A stretch of 64,000 nucleotides of DNA from Candidatus Bathyarchaeota archaeon (GTDB lineage Archaea; Thermoproteota; Bathyarchaeia; Bathyarchaeales; Bathycorpusculaceae). The translations under genes and the position numbers were made by a program. Under the pieces are notes generated by a model. It saw nothing but the letters and a program-made list of their open reading frames with translations, was not told where the DNA came from and made no database searches. Positions 21,310 to 31,243 of this stretch are shown here, one piece after another. Numbering within the stretch: position 1 is the stretch's first letter; the number at the start of each line of letters is the position of its first letter. The stretch lies in contig CAWGYA010000008.1 in the NCBI GenBank assembly GCA_963826715.1, positions 832,001 through 896,000 of the forward strand, written 5' to 3'.

Positions 21310-22440
21310 TTATATTATCTTGATACCCTTGTCTCGAATTAGTTTCTTTACGATATTTCCATAAGCAATCGTGCCGCTTATTGCATCTTCAGCCTCTGGA
21401 GTGGTTATATCTCCGCCTAGGATTGATTTTAAGTCTTCAAGTATTTCTGGACATGTTGCATTGACTGATTCTTTGAACGGTTCGAATGGCACGTAGAATG
21501 ATGGTTTTCTCCCTTGGCGTGCTTCTTCGAGCACAACTGGACAGCGTGAAAGTGAGTATGCCCAGAATCTGATGTAGAAATTCGCGTTAGCGAAATCTCC
21601 ATGTTGGATTAACGCTCTTGCAACGAGCTCTCTGAATTCTAATTCCAAAGACGAAAGTGAATATTCAAAGTGCCCCCGAGTCCTGAAATATGTGCCTCGA
21701 AGTTGGCGATCTGCGCATCTTGCAAAAACTTTGTTATATACTCTATGTAGAGCGATTAATGAGTTCGTCGGATCACCATCAATATGCAAATTTGTTCTTA
21801 TCAATCGGTCAAGGTCTGTGTTCGTTTCATCCGTCAAATGTTTAATTTTTGTCATAGGTCTTGATAGTAGGCTCATGGTACTACTTTTTAGGCTATCCGC
21901 AAGAGCCATAGTGAAGTAAGAATGCGAGGTCTGCAGGAAAAAAAGAGCCGCTGGAGGAAAAGCCAAGTTTTTATTCGCTTCTTCAAGAGCTGCATCTCCA
22001 AAGTTGAGTTGATGATGAATTCTTGCAGCCCACGCTTCAATATCGTAAGTATGCTGCTTGACATTTTCAACTACATCCCTTACAGTATCTGATCGCATCC
22101 AAAGATTTTCATATTCTAACAGAAGATGGGGCAAGATTTTGTATCTAACCGCTTCTTCAGAATCAAATACTTTTTCAGCAGGTATCCAAAGTATATCAAT
22201 AAATTTTCGCCCCAGTTTAGTTTGTACGACAATTCGCTCAGGCATCTCTTCCGGTTTTTCCCAGATTGAAATCAGGTCTACATCTGACACTTCAGGGCAA
22301 TCTTCGTCAACAAGTGGTTTTCTCACGAGGATTCCAATAGCGCGGGGTATTAGCAACTCGCATGCTTTTTCTGCTGCTTCGTACAGGGATTCTTCGAGGA
22401 GTTCCCGTTTACTTTGTGAAAGATTACCCTTGATCATCAA
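21310..22440 (-). CDS. Nucleotidyltransferase-fold-like protein with helical C-terminal domain
   Basis: SDVDL and downstream IDILW acidic triad pattern; start overlaps cyclase stop. Confidence 0.6.
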   Translation of the reverse strand: MMIKGNLSQSKRELLEESLYEAAEKACELLIPRAIGILVRKPLVDEDCPEVSDVDLISIWEKPEEMPERIVVQTKLGRKFIDILWIPAEKVFDSEEAVRYKILPHLLLEYENLWMRSDTVRDVVENVKQHTYDIEAWAARIHHQLNFGDAALEEANKNLAFPPAALFFLQTSHSYFTMALADSLKSSTMSLLSRPMTKIKHLTDETNTDLDRLIRTNLHIDGDPTNSLIALHRVYNKVFARCADRQLRGTYFRTRGHFEYSLSSLELEFRELVARALIQHGDFANANFYIRFWAYSLSRCPVVLEEARQGRKPSFYVPFEPFKESVNATCPEILEDLKSILGGDITTPEAEDAISGTIAYGNIVKKLIRDKGIKII

Positions 22441-23516
22441 TGTGATTTCTCCAAAATTCTTTTCTTATATTGGTTCAAGGCCATAAAAACCGTGGCTGTC
22501 GTGAACAAACGACGGTGGTCTTTGATGACTGCGTTTATTGCCCTTCCGTCGGCATTCCATGATTGTTGATTCCATGGCTCCTTTATCCAAGGGGCGGGAA
22601 TTCTCAAAATGTGATTTGTAGCCCAGCTGCCGTCAGGGAGTTGATTTGCAACGAGCCATTTTATTCCGTTTTTTATCTGGGCGTCGAAAATCATTTTGGG
22701 ATCTGCCAACAACCCGCTTAATGCAAGAGCCGTCGAAAAGGCCCAGCCTGATTCTTGAACTTTTGAATCAGCCCAGCTTCCATCTGACAATTGTGTTTTA
22801 GCAATCCATTTTTGCCCTTTATATATTAGGTTGATATCATCTTTGTTTCCCCTTTTGTTAAGCGCTTCAATGCAGTGGGTGGTTGCATAGAGTTTTCCAA
22901 TCCACCAGTAAGAATTCCAGCAACCTTCAGAAATTTGTCCATTTCTGATATAGCTTAACACTTCGTCGACACCTTTAGATGAACAATTTTCCATTAACGC
23001 TTGAGCTGCAACAGCACTAACACACATTTGAGACGACGCCCAACCCTCAAATGAAACATTGTCATCAATCCTCATGTAACGTCCAACGGCCCTTGGAGCT
23101 GCATACGTTCTGAAACCACCATCAAAAGGACTCTGATGTTTCAATAAGAAATCTAATGCACTCGAGAGCTTTTGTCTGTTCAGACCCTCAAAGTTGGAAA
23201 GGAACAGAAGACACCACGAAGTTGAATCTGCATCCGACGGAACACCATAACCATAACTCCAACCACCATCCAAATTTTGGCATGTAAGAATGTTTACCGC
23301 TGCTTTCTCAAGAAACTTTTTTTCTTCTGATTCTTTTTCAAACACAATTAGAGAATATCCGACATACCCCGAAACCCAAAACACACTTTCCCCAGCTAAA
23401 GTGAGAAAATCGGACCAGAAACCGTCTGCATTGAGGCTTTCACGAAGGAATTTTCGAGCACCCTCAATCGACTTCAGTAAATCTTCTGAGGTGTCAAAAT
23501 TCTCTTTCAGAACCAT
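22437..23516 (-). CDS. Prenyltransferase/squalene-cyclase repeat protein (single class II terpene cyclase-like barrel)
   Basis: QW repeats QNLDGGW, QLSDGSW, QLPDGSW, QISEGCW; DADST acidic motif; SYWW. Confidence 0.85.
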   Translation of the reverse strand: MVLKENFDTSEDLLKSIEGARKFLRESLNADGFWSDFLTLAGESVFWVSGYVGYSLIVFEKESEEKKFLEKAAVNILTCQNLDGGWSYGYGVPSDADSTSWCLLFLSNFEGLNRQKLSSALDFLLKHQSPFDGGFRTYAAPRAVGRYMRIDDNVSFEGWASSQMCVSAVAAQALMENCSSKGVDEVLSYIRNGQISEGCWNSYWWIGKLYATTHCIEALNKRGNKDDINLIYKGQKWIAKTQLSDGSWADSKVQESGWAFSTALALSGLLADPKMIFDAQIKNGIKWLVANQLPDGSWATNHILRIPAPWIKEPWNQQSWNADGRAINAVIKDHRRLFTTATVFMALNQYKKRILEKSH

Positions 23517-24061
23517 ACTTACCTTGTATTATATAGCGATACTACATATTTATGCAATATGGCGCCCATAAATACTTTTTTGTTAAGGCTGCAACTTTCT
23601 GTTTGATTGCATTGAATTCGCTTAAATAATTAATTGCATCTCATCGAACCCGTCCTAAAAGATTCGTTTATTCCATAAATAGACTCGTGTAAAAGCACTG
23701 GACTTGACCCCGTTCAAGGCTGCACCCCGGCAACCGTGCCAATCTTCCAGTTTAATTCCTTCGTTTTATGTTATTGCGAAACATAGTCTCGCCTTTGCTA
23801 GGTGAAAAGTAATTTCTATAGTTTAGGCGATGGCAAAAGTACATTGCGAAACGGTTATTTCGTTATTTTCTAAACACTGCAAATATTAGGAAATAGAGGT
23901 CTTTTCTTGTTGTCTTGTTAATAAGAAACCATTTCCACTACTAAAACCACAATTCGCTATTGCAGAATTCTCAACAAACCTTTTAGCCGAGCAAGAGAAA
24001 CAAAATAGAAAAGGTTTGCCATTATGAAAGGTACCAAAAGAACAAAGATACTGTTTCCGTA

Positions 24062-24358
24062 ATGGTTTCGATTGCACTTCTAGTTACAGTTTACAGTGTT
24101 TCTGCTTACTCTGTAGCTTCTCTTGTCCATGAATATGACGGCCACTTGGGTTGGGCAAATGCAGGTTCCACATTCCTACCTTGGCCGACAACGCCAACAG
24201 GACCAAATATTTCCGTAATAGAGTTTTTAAACCAAACAGATACCCAATATTATCAATACATAATCCAATCTGGAGTGTTGATTGTCTTAACGATTATCTC
24301 ATGGTTTGCTGTTTTTTGGATAGCCCTTAAATTCAGAAAAACTTCCAAAAGCTTGTAA
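24062..24358 (+). CDS. Small membrane protein
   Basis: Hydrophobic N- and C-terminal segments, basic tail. Confidence 0.55.
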   Translation: MVSIALLVTVYSVSAYSVASLVHEYDGHLGWANAGSTFLPWPTTPTGPNISVIEFLNQTDTQYYQYIIQSGVLIVLTIISWFAVFWIALKFRKTSKSL

Positions 24359-24661
24359 CTTTTGATAACTCAAGCGAAAAGATGAGGACTTGAAAGCATA
24401 TTCTGGTCGCGGTGAACTCCACTTGTTCATTACTAATGCAAAAGTTTATTCTTTGATAATGCACTCTAACCATTTTGGCTTAATATTAGTGAAATCTAAT
24501 AAACAAATGTTACTTTACTTATTAATCACATACCCAAATTGCTTATCAACTATCACCAATCTGATGATAGCCCAACACTGCTTGTTTCAAGCCTCGATTC
24601 ATACAAGTGTATATACAAAGGATGTAGTAAACAGAGTTGACATATGCAGGATGAATAAGCC

Positions 24662-25438
24662 CTACTGGGTTGTGGTTTGCAGCAGTATCCTTTTTAAAAT
24701 AGTGATTCCGTGAGTTACTTTCAGCTTCTTTTCGCCTAAACGTGCTCTGTAGCAAATAGGTATTTCCTTAATCCTGTACCCCCTTCGTTCCACAAGGTTG
24801 TTTAGTTCGACTTCAATGTCAAAGCTTTCTGATTGTACTAACCATCCCTTCAAAGCTGAAGTGCGTATTACACGTAATCCAGTTAGTGGATCTTTTAGAG
24901 GAACACCGTTAAGCATCTTGTGAAGAAAAGCTAACAACTTATTGCCCGCATGGAAAATGGTGAATAGAGCTTCCTTTTTAACATCTTCAGTGAGTCTGTT
25001 GCCACAAACCATTCCCACAAGAGGATTCTCTTCCATTATTTTTATCATGGCAGGAACATACTGAGCTGGATAAGTATAGTCTGCATCAGTGAGAATAATA
25101 TAATCTATGTTAGGCTCAATGTGCCTAAGACCCTTCGCCAAAGCGTCGCCTTTGCCGATTCCGTCTTGAAAAACAACTTTTGCCCCCATGTTCTTCGCAA
25201 TTTCTACTGTGCGGTCACGACTTCGGCCATCAATTACAAGAACTGGAATTTCTCCTAAAGTGTCTTTCATTTCAGCTATTGTAAGTCCTATTCCTGGTGC
25301 TTCATTTAAAGCAGCAATTACTACCTCAGAAGAGAATCTACTTTGAGGATGCTGAACAAGAATCGTCAATTTCTTCACCAACACATAAGAGTTGCTATAC
25401 AATATATAACACAAATTCTTACTTGCACAATATGTCAA
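24662..25438 (-). CDS. GT2 glycosyltransferase (dolichol-phosphate glycosyltransferase-like); start uncertain
   Basis: IAALNEA, IDGRSRDRT, GKGDAL, TDADYTYP, DPLTGLR, FDIEVE, RLGEKKL. Confidence 0.9.
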   Translation of the reverse strand: MTYCASKNLCYILYSNSYVLVKKLTILVQHPQSRFSSEVVIAALNEAPGIGLTIAEMKDTLGEIPVLVIDGRSRDRTVEIAKNMGAKVVFQDGIGKGDALAKGLRHIEPNIDYIILTDADYTYPAQYVPAMIKIMEENPLVGMVCGNRLTEDVKKEALFTIFHAGNKLLAFLHKMLNGVPLKDPLTGLRVIRTSALKGWLVQSESFDIEVELNNLVERRGYRIKEIPICYRARLGEKKLKVTHGITILKRILLQTTTQ

Positions 25439-25539
25439 AAATCAGAATACGTCTCAAAATGCATTGAATAAGGCTGTATTTAGCGAGAAAAAGGTTATTG
25501 AAATTCAAAAACTTCATCTCTTAGTATACCCAAAGATAA

Positions 25540-26265
25540 TTGAGGGTTAATATGAGTGAAATTCTAAAAATTATCCAGCAACGCCAATCAGACCGTATAC
25601 CCTTCGACAAAAATCAATCCCTCCCCAAAGAGCATCTACAAATGATCCTTGAAGCCGCAAGATGGGCACCAACCGCGCATAACATGCAAAACTATGAAAT
25701 AATTGCCATTGACGACCCTACGATGCTAACCAAAATAGGAAACATCAAAGGCTGCATCTCAGAGGAGTTTCTTCTAGAAAACTATTCACAACTCTCCTTC
25801 TCAAAAGAAGAACTTGAAAAGAAAAAAACCGGAATTTTAGCATCAGGATTCCCCCCTGCGTGGGTTGACCCAGCCAAAATGGCTCAGGTCGCAAAAGAAC
25901 CCATATCCATGCCGCTTACCCAATCAATCCAAGGTAGCCCCACATTACTTATCGTGCTTTATGACCCCTCTAAACGTGCACCAGCTTCTGAAGGCGATGT
26001 CTTTGGCTTCATGAGTCTTGGTTGCCTCATGGAAAACATTTGGATCATGGCCACCGCTTTAGGCGTCAAACTACATATCCTAAGTTCCTTTGCAAATCAA
26101 CCCGCCGAGAAAGAACTAAAACAACTCCTCAGCGTGCCCACGCATCTGAAAATCGCTTACGCAATCCGCCTAGGTTACACCAAAACCTCGCAAAATTACT
26201 TGCGAGTGAGACGAACTATAAGGGATTTTGTGCATCACAACCAATTCGGCAAAAAGAGCACCTAG
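25540..26265 (+). CDS. Nitroreductase family protein
   Basis: IQQRQSDR, ILEAARWAPTAHNMQ, ENIWIMATALG, IRLGY. Confidence 0.9.
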   Translation: MRVNMSEILKIIQQRQSDRIPFDKNQSLPKEHLQMILEAARWAPTAHNMQNYEIIAIDDPTMLTKIGNIKGCISEEFLLENYSQLSFSKEELEKKKTGILASGFPPAWVDPAKMAQVAKEPISMPLTQSIQGSPTLLIVLYDPSKRAPASEGDVFGFMSLGCLMENIWIMATALGVKLHILSSFANQPAEKELKQLLSVPTHLKIAYAIRLGYTKTSQNYLRVRRTIRDFVHHNQFGKKST

Positions 26266-28058
26266 CCAATATGTGTGCCCTCTTCCTCTTCAAGCCTCGA
26301 GTTGATTTCTATTCGATACACACGCCAGACATCTTGGCGCGTAACAATACCGATAAGATGCTTTTTATCAGTGACTGAAACAACTGGCAATCTCCCAATT
26401 TGGTTACCTGAGAGTTTTCCTAGAACTGATGAGAGATTCTCGTTAGCATATGTAACCGCAGGATCTTTGGTCATGACATCACCAACTATCTTTTTCGTTC
26501 TCTGGTCTGGATGCATTTGCAGTATGTCCATAGCGGCTATGATTCCGACCAATTCTTCTTTGTTATTAACAACTGGTAAACCTCGAATACCATTTTTCTT
26601 CAAAATCTCCGCAGCTTCAGAGACCAGCATATCTGGTTTCGCAGTTATAACATAGTTACTCATAGCGTCTTTAACCAACAATCTATCAAGGAGAGGAATC
26701 GAATACTCCCCTCTATGTGCTGGAGATTGGGCTCTTGAGGGCAACTGGCTCTTGTAGAGAGTGTGTCGACCAGTAATTACATACGCTATAGCTGTGGCAA
26801 TCATGGAGGGCACCAGCAGTGTATATGACCCTGTCATTTCACTTGCCATTAAAATCACCGCAACAGGCACTTTTCCCACACCGCCAAAAAAGGCCATCAT
26901 ACCAACTATCACAAACACAGCAGAACTAGGCTGAAAATTCGGTATCAAATAATTTAAGGTAGCCCAAACTACAGCGCCAAGCATGCCGCCTATAACCAAC
27001 GCAGGCCCAAAAACACCCCCACTCCCCCCAGAACCGATGGTCAAGGAAGTGGAAATAATTTTTAGCACTATAATGACAGGTAAAATCAGCAACGGTATCG
27101 CGGTAAAGTTACCATCTATTAAAAGTTGAAGCCAACCATACCCCACACCCAATATTTGAGGAAAAAACACCCCGATAAGCCCAATCGCAAGTCCACCAAT
27201 AGCCGGCTTAACAAAATTTGGAACCTTCAACCGTTTAAAAGCATCTTTTATACCATAGAAACTCAAAACATAACCTATACCCAATAAACCACAAGCTAAA
27301 CCCAACAGAGCATAAAACGGCAAGTTAATTGGATCTTGAAAAGAACCCAAATTAACCGTGCCAAAAACAGGAGTCCAACCCTTAACAAACCCTAAAACGC
27401 TATAACCCACCGTGGAAGCTATAAACCCCGGCAAAAGCGCATCTACCTCAAAGTCACTAAAATAAAGAATTTCCGCAGCTAAAATGGCTCCTCCAAAAGG
27501 CGCCTTAAAAATCGCGCCAATTCCAGCACCAATACCCACCGCCAAAGCAATACGGCGATCATGCAAGCTCAAATGAAGCCTTTTACCAATAAATGAACCA
27601 AAACCCGCACCAATCTGTGCTGTAGGTCCCTCTCTGCCCGCACTCCCACCTGACCCAATTGTAATGGCAGACGCCAACAACTTGACAATTGGAGTTCGAG
27701 AGCGAATTTCACCTTTTTTATTATGAAAAGCATCAATGGCAGCATCAGTACCGTGACCTTCAGCTTCAGGTGCAAGCCCAAAAACTATGATTCCACTAAT
27801 CAACCCACCCAACGTAGTAACCATCGGAAGCAAAAACGGATTAAAAGTAAACGTCGGAGCAATTCCCCCCTCTCCCAGCGGCGTAGGTGGAACAAACCCA
27901 ACGATGTTACCTAAAAATAAGTTACTAAAGAAGCTGATAGCGTAATCAAAAACTAATGCACCTACACCGCTGACTATTCCTATTAAAATCGCAATCGGCA
28001 GCCATTTTCTTAAATACTGGATTTCTCCTGAAAAATGAATAGATTTACCTATGCCCAC
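26262..28058 (-). CDS. ClC-family chloride/proton transporter with two CBS domains
   Basis: GHGTD, GSAGREGP, FKAPFGG, GSGGVFGP, EMTGSY; C-terminal CBS pair. Confidence 0.95.
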   Translation of the reverse strand: MGIGKSIHFSGEIQYLRKWLPIAILIGIVSGVGALVFDYAISFFSNLFLGNIVGFVPPTPLGEGGIAPTFTFNPFLLPMVTTLGGLISGIIVFGLAPEAEGHGTDAAIDAFHNKKGEIRSRTPIVKLLASAITIGSGGSAGREGPTAQIGAGFGSFIGKRLHLSLHDRRIALAVGIGAGIGAIFKAPFGGAILAAEILYFSDFEVDALLPGFIASTVGYSVLGFVKGWTPVFGTVNLGSFQDPINLPFYALLGLACGLLGIGYVLSFYGIKDAFKRLKVPNFVKPAIGGLAIGLIGVFFPQILGVGYGWLQLLIDGNFTAIPLLILPVIIVLKIISTSLTIGSGGSGGVFGPALVIGGMLGAVVWATLNYLIPNFQPSSAVFVIVGMMAFFGGVGKVPVAVILMASEMTGSYTLLVPSMIATAIAYVITGRHTLYKSQLPSRAQSPAHRGEYSIPLLDRLLVKDAMSNYVITAKPDMLVSEAAEILKKNGIRGLPVVNNKEELVGIIAAMDILQMHPDQRTKKIVGDVMTKDPAVTYANENLSSVLGKLSGNQIGRLPVVSVTDKKHLIGIVTRQDVWRVYRIEINSRLEEEEGTHIG

Positions 28059-28338
28059 TTCATCGTCAGGGTCCTAAGGTATAGTTGAGATAAGCTGCAG
28101 ATTTGCATCCGTTTACCCCATCGGGCTTTTGGCAAGTATGGCAATAAAATTAAGTGTTTCGCATTCTTAAGCAACATTTTAACTTATCACCAATATCCTT
28201 AGCTTCACTTGAACAAAAAACGAAGCCTAAAAACGCTAAAGAAAATAGTGTTTGCTGTTTTTCCGAGCTATTACTAAAATCAAAAAAGAAGGGAACCGAT
28301 TTTAACTCCAATAATCTTCAATTATACTCGAAAAGCAA

Positions 28339-28704
28339 ATGACCATTTTTATCGTAAGAACATATGTTGTCAAACCAGACAAATTCAACGAGCATTTAGC
28401 TTGGGGCAAAAAACTGGTAGAACTAATCAAAAAACAACCAAAAATGTTTAGGGGTGTAACTTCTATGCGTGTTCTAAGCCATAAATATGGGGGAAATGTC
28501 GGCGGTTTCACCGCTATGTGGAAATTTAACTCTTTAGCGGACGCCGAAAAATGGGAACAAGGCTTTATTGAAAATCAAGTAGAAGCAAATTTGCGCTCAG
28601 AATTTTTATCTCTAATTGTGCCCGGCTCCTACTCCGAATGTATTTGGGAACCAGTTCGAACAATTAACCGCAAACAAAAACCTCACCGTAAACCCCACAA
28701 ATAA
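28339..28704 (+). CDS. NIPSNAP-like dimeric alpha+beta barrel protein
   Basis: VRTYVVKPDK, MWKFNSLADAEKW. Confidence 0.7.
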   Translation: MTIFIVRTYVVKPDKFNEHLAWGKKLVELIKKQPKMFRGVTSMRVLSHKYGGNVGGFTAMWKFNSLADAEKWEQGFIENQVEANLRSEFLSLIVPGSYSECIWEPVRTINRKQKPHRKPHK

Positions 28705-28933
28705 ACATCCTCATTTCGTCTGCAATTCATCTGCCGCGGCAAAAATACATGGACCTTCAGAATCTCTGATTAAAGGTAAATGGGTAGAAGAAGAAGAAGC
28801 AACCCCCCACCAGGTCATTTCTTCTATTGAAGAAAAAGAATAGCTTGCGGACTACCCACACAAGGGAATCGCACTAAAAAGCTGGCAGACCCTTCAAACA
28901 CGGAAACTGGAAAGAAATGGAAAAACTCGCAAA

Positions 28934-31243
28934 TCAATGCACAATTTTGAAAATCACATATCTATCATTTGAGAAAATCAGCTGAAGAAGTTTGCTATGA
29001 ATAAGAGTTGTATCAAGCTGATTACGATCATAAACAATGAAGCGAATATTGTTTTCCAAAATATAATCCATGTAGTCTCTGGCTGTAACCGTGAATCCAG
29101 CAGGTTTTAAATCAAACAATCCTTCCACACCATCCATTGTCAAAGAAGGATAGGTGCTCTTAGAAAGAGATACAACCTGATACGAACAAGCAACAGTTTG
29201 GTTAGCCTCTACATCACCAAAACCAAACTGAAACCGAACGGCATCAATCATTCGAGTCCCCAAAGCCCCAACGTTACCCCAATCAGGCAAGTCATTAAAA
29301 TGGAACGCAACTGCAACATCATCAACTTCATCATAGAGCCCCAAGTAATTGTCAACTAAATGCACTCCTGCAAAGGAAGCAGCAGCCCATTCATTTCCAC
29401 TGGATGTTTTTAGCTGATCTGGCGCATCCCAAGGGTTAATCCAATCATAAATTCCCGGAATCTGAATGCGGTCAAATTTGAACCCTAAATCCATAAAAGT
29501 GCTCAAATAAAGCGAAGCATTAGTGAGACCGTTTTGTAGCGGCTTTAGAGTCCACGAGACATCAAAAGGATATTTGTCGTCTGCGACAACCACAGTTTTT
29601 GTGACCTCCAAATTATCATTTTTGAAGATGAACGATATTGTTTTGGGCGTATCTTGGGCATTGAAAACTGTTTCCCGCCTCATACTAGCTAATTTAACAT
29701 TATACTCTTGGTCGTTGAGGCTAAACAACACAGAATCCCCCGCCCCCGAAGTAAAAGTAACTCTATTCCAAACCTGATCAAAAGAAACATAAGTTTCATC
29801 AAAAATATCCCCTTTCGCTTCATAAGCCTTCAGCAATGTCTGCGGCTGCTCAAGCTCATAAGATAAACTAAGAACCGACTCAGCCAACTCATTACGATGA
29901 ACAGCCTGATCGGTTTGAGCCGTCACGTTTTTGCCAGAAAACTCTTGAAACCAAAACCCAGGAATTCGAGTAACAATAACGTTAGCTGGATCTGGGTAAT
30001 TTTCTTTAAGCCATATACCTGCATCATAAGCCTTCACATCAGTAGTTGAGTAAAACACGCTTGACTCCAAAATTTTACCATAAACAACATCACCACGGTA
30101 AACCAACATCACCGCCAACAAAACCACAACCAAAATCACAACTACCCGAACCCATTTTTTCCTGAACGCCAAACGGTGATTAACAAAGTAAAGTTGGATT
30201 TTTTCACCCAGAAACACAATCGCTACCGCAGCTAAAACCGCTATAGGCGGAGTGATATAATACATGAACCATTGAAAAGGCAAAAACAAGCCGAAAAGAA
30301 ATGATTCAGCAAAGAAAAGCGGAACCGCAAAACTCAAAATCAAAATCAGAAAATACAAAGGTTTTCTGCGAATCCTAAGCAAATAATAGGAAATACCGAT
30401 GCCTGCTAAGGCAAAGAAAAAGATAAACCCATAATCAATCAAAAAAGCCCCAAAACTAGTATAGGGAATCTGATAAGCATAAGCCGTTATCGCAAAAAAC
30501 ACATATTCTATAACCAAATCCAAGTAACCAATCATAGCTTGAAAATAATACAGAAAAAACGCTATGCCCCCACCTAACGCAATAGCTAACACAACCTTGA
30601 GATTTTTACCCCTTGACTTAACAAGCATAAACAACAAAACAGGCGGCATTATGAACACCGCAAGAAACGCAGCCAACTGATGAGAAAGCACCAACCCAAA
30701 CGCAGCAAAAAACGCCACCACCAAATACCCCAGCTTATCCACAGCCAACGGCATATACAACAAAACCAAAAACAGAAACGCCAACGCCAAAACAGTCGTA
30801 TAACCCCCAAAAGCATTCATCTCAAACGTCGGAAACGACATCAACAACAACATCGCCGCAACCGCACCAACTTTTTTACTAAAAAACTTACTCGCCAACA
30901 AATAAACAGCCATAAAAAACAGCCAATCCACAAGCACCGCTAAAACTTTAACCAAAACAATATACTGCCCAATATCAACTGCACCACTCAACGAAATCAG
31001 CATAGCCAACAATATCTGATAAAGAGGCGGCGTCCAACCGATGTTCGCCAACGAGATTTGACCAGTATTAAGAAAAATCTGCGCTTTCTCCAAATGCACC
31101 GCAGGGTCATTGCCTAAAACCACTCCATTCATGGAGATAAGCACATAGAAAATGGCAAAAATAAGCACTGAGAAAACTGCTATGAACGCAACTTCAAATT
31201 GTTTTTTGTTTTGAAATGCATCAAACAAAGCGATTGTGCTCAC
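28934..31243 (-). CDS. Large polytopic membrane protein, GT-C glycosyltransferase-like
   Basis: First loop GNDPAVH, WTPPLY, many TM helices, AGIWLKEN, C-terminal IRFIVY...YVIFKI. Confidence 0.75.
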   Translation of the reverse strand: MSTIALFDAFQNKKQFEVAFIAVFSVLIFAIFYVLISMNGVVLGNDPAVHLEKAQIFLNTGQISLANIGWTPPLYQILLAMLISLSGAVDIGQYIVLVKVLAVLVDWLFFMAVYLLASKFFSKKVGAVAAMLLLMSFPTFEMNAFGGYTTVLALAFLFLVLLYMPLAVDKLGYLVVAFFAAFGLVLSHQLAAFLAVFIMPPVLLFMLVKSRGKNLKVVLAIALGGGIAFFLYYFQAMIGYLDLVIEYVFFAITAYAYQIPYTSFGAFLIDYGFIFFFALAGIGISYYLLRIRRKPLYFLILILSFAVPLFFAESFLFGLFLPFQWFMYYITPPIAVLAAVAIVFLGEKIQLYFVNHRLAFRKKWVRVVVILVVVLLAVMLVYRGDVVYGKILESSVFYSTTDVKAYDAGIWLKENYPDPANVIVTRIPGFWFQEFSGKNVTAQTDQAVHRNELAESVLSLSYELEQPQTLLKAYEAKGDIFDETYVSFDQVWNRVTFTSGAGDSVLFSLNDQEYNVKLASMRRETVFNAQDTPKTISFIFKNDNLEVTKTVVVADDKYPFDVSWTLKPLQNGLTNASLYLSTFMDLGFKFDRIQIPGIYDWINPWDAPDQLKTSSGNEWAAASFAGVHLVDNYLGLYDEVDDVAVAFHFNDLPDWGNVGALGTRMIDAVRFQFGFGDVEANQTVACSYQVVSLSKSTYPSLTMDGVEGLFDLKPAGFTVTARDYMDYILENNIRFIVYDRNQLDTTLIHSKLLQLIFSNDRYVIFKIVH

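Noticed and set aside
23690-23760. GC-rich patch with GGGGTCAAGTCC on the minus strand, tRNA-like
   Set aside because: No cloverleaf can be folded and there is no convincing ORF
26262-28058. Fluoride-specific ClC-F assignment
   Set aside because: The protein has GREGP and lacks GNNLI/GREGT-type signatures
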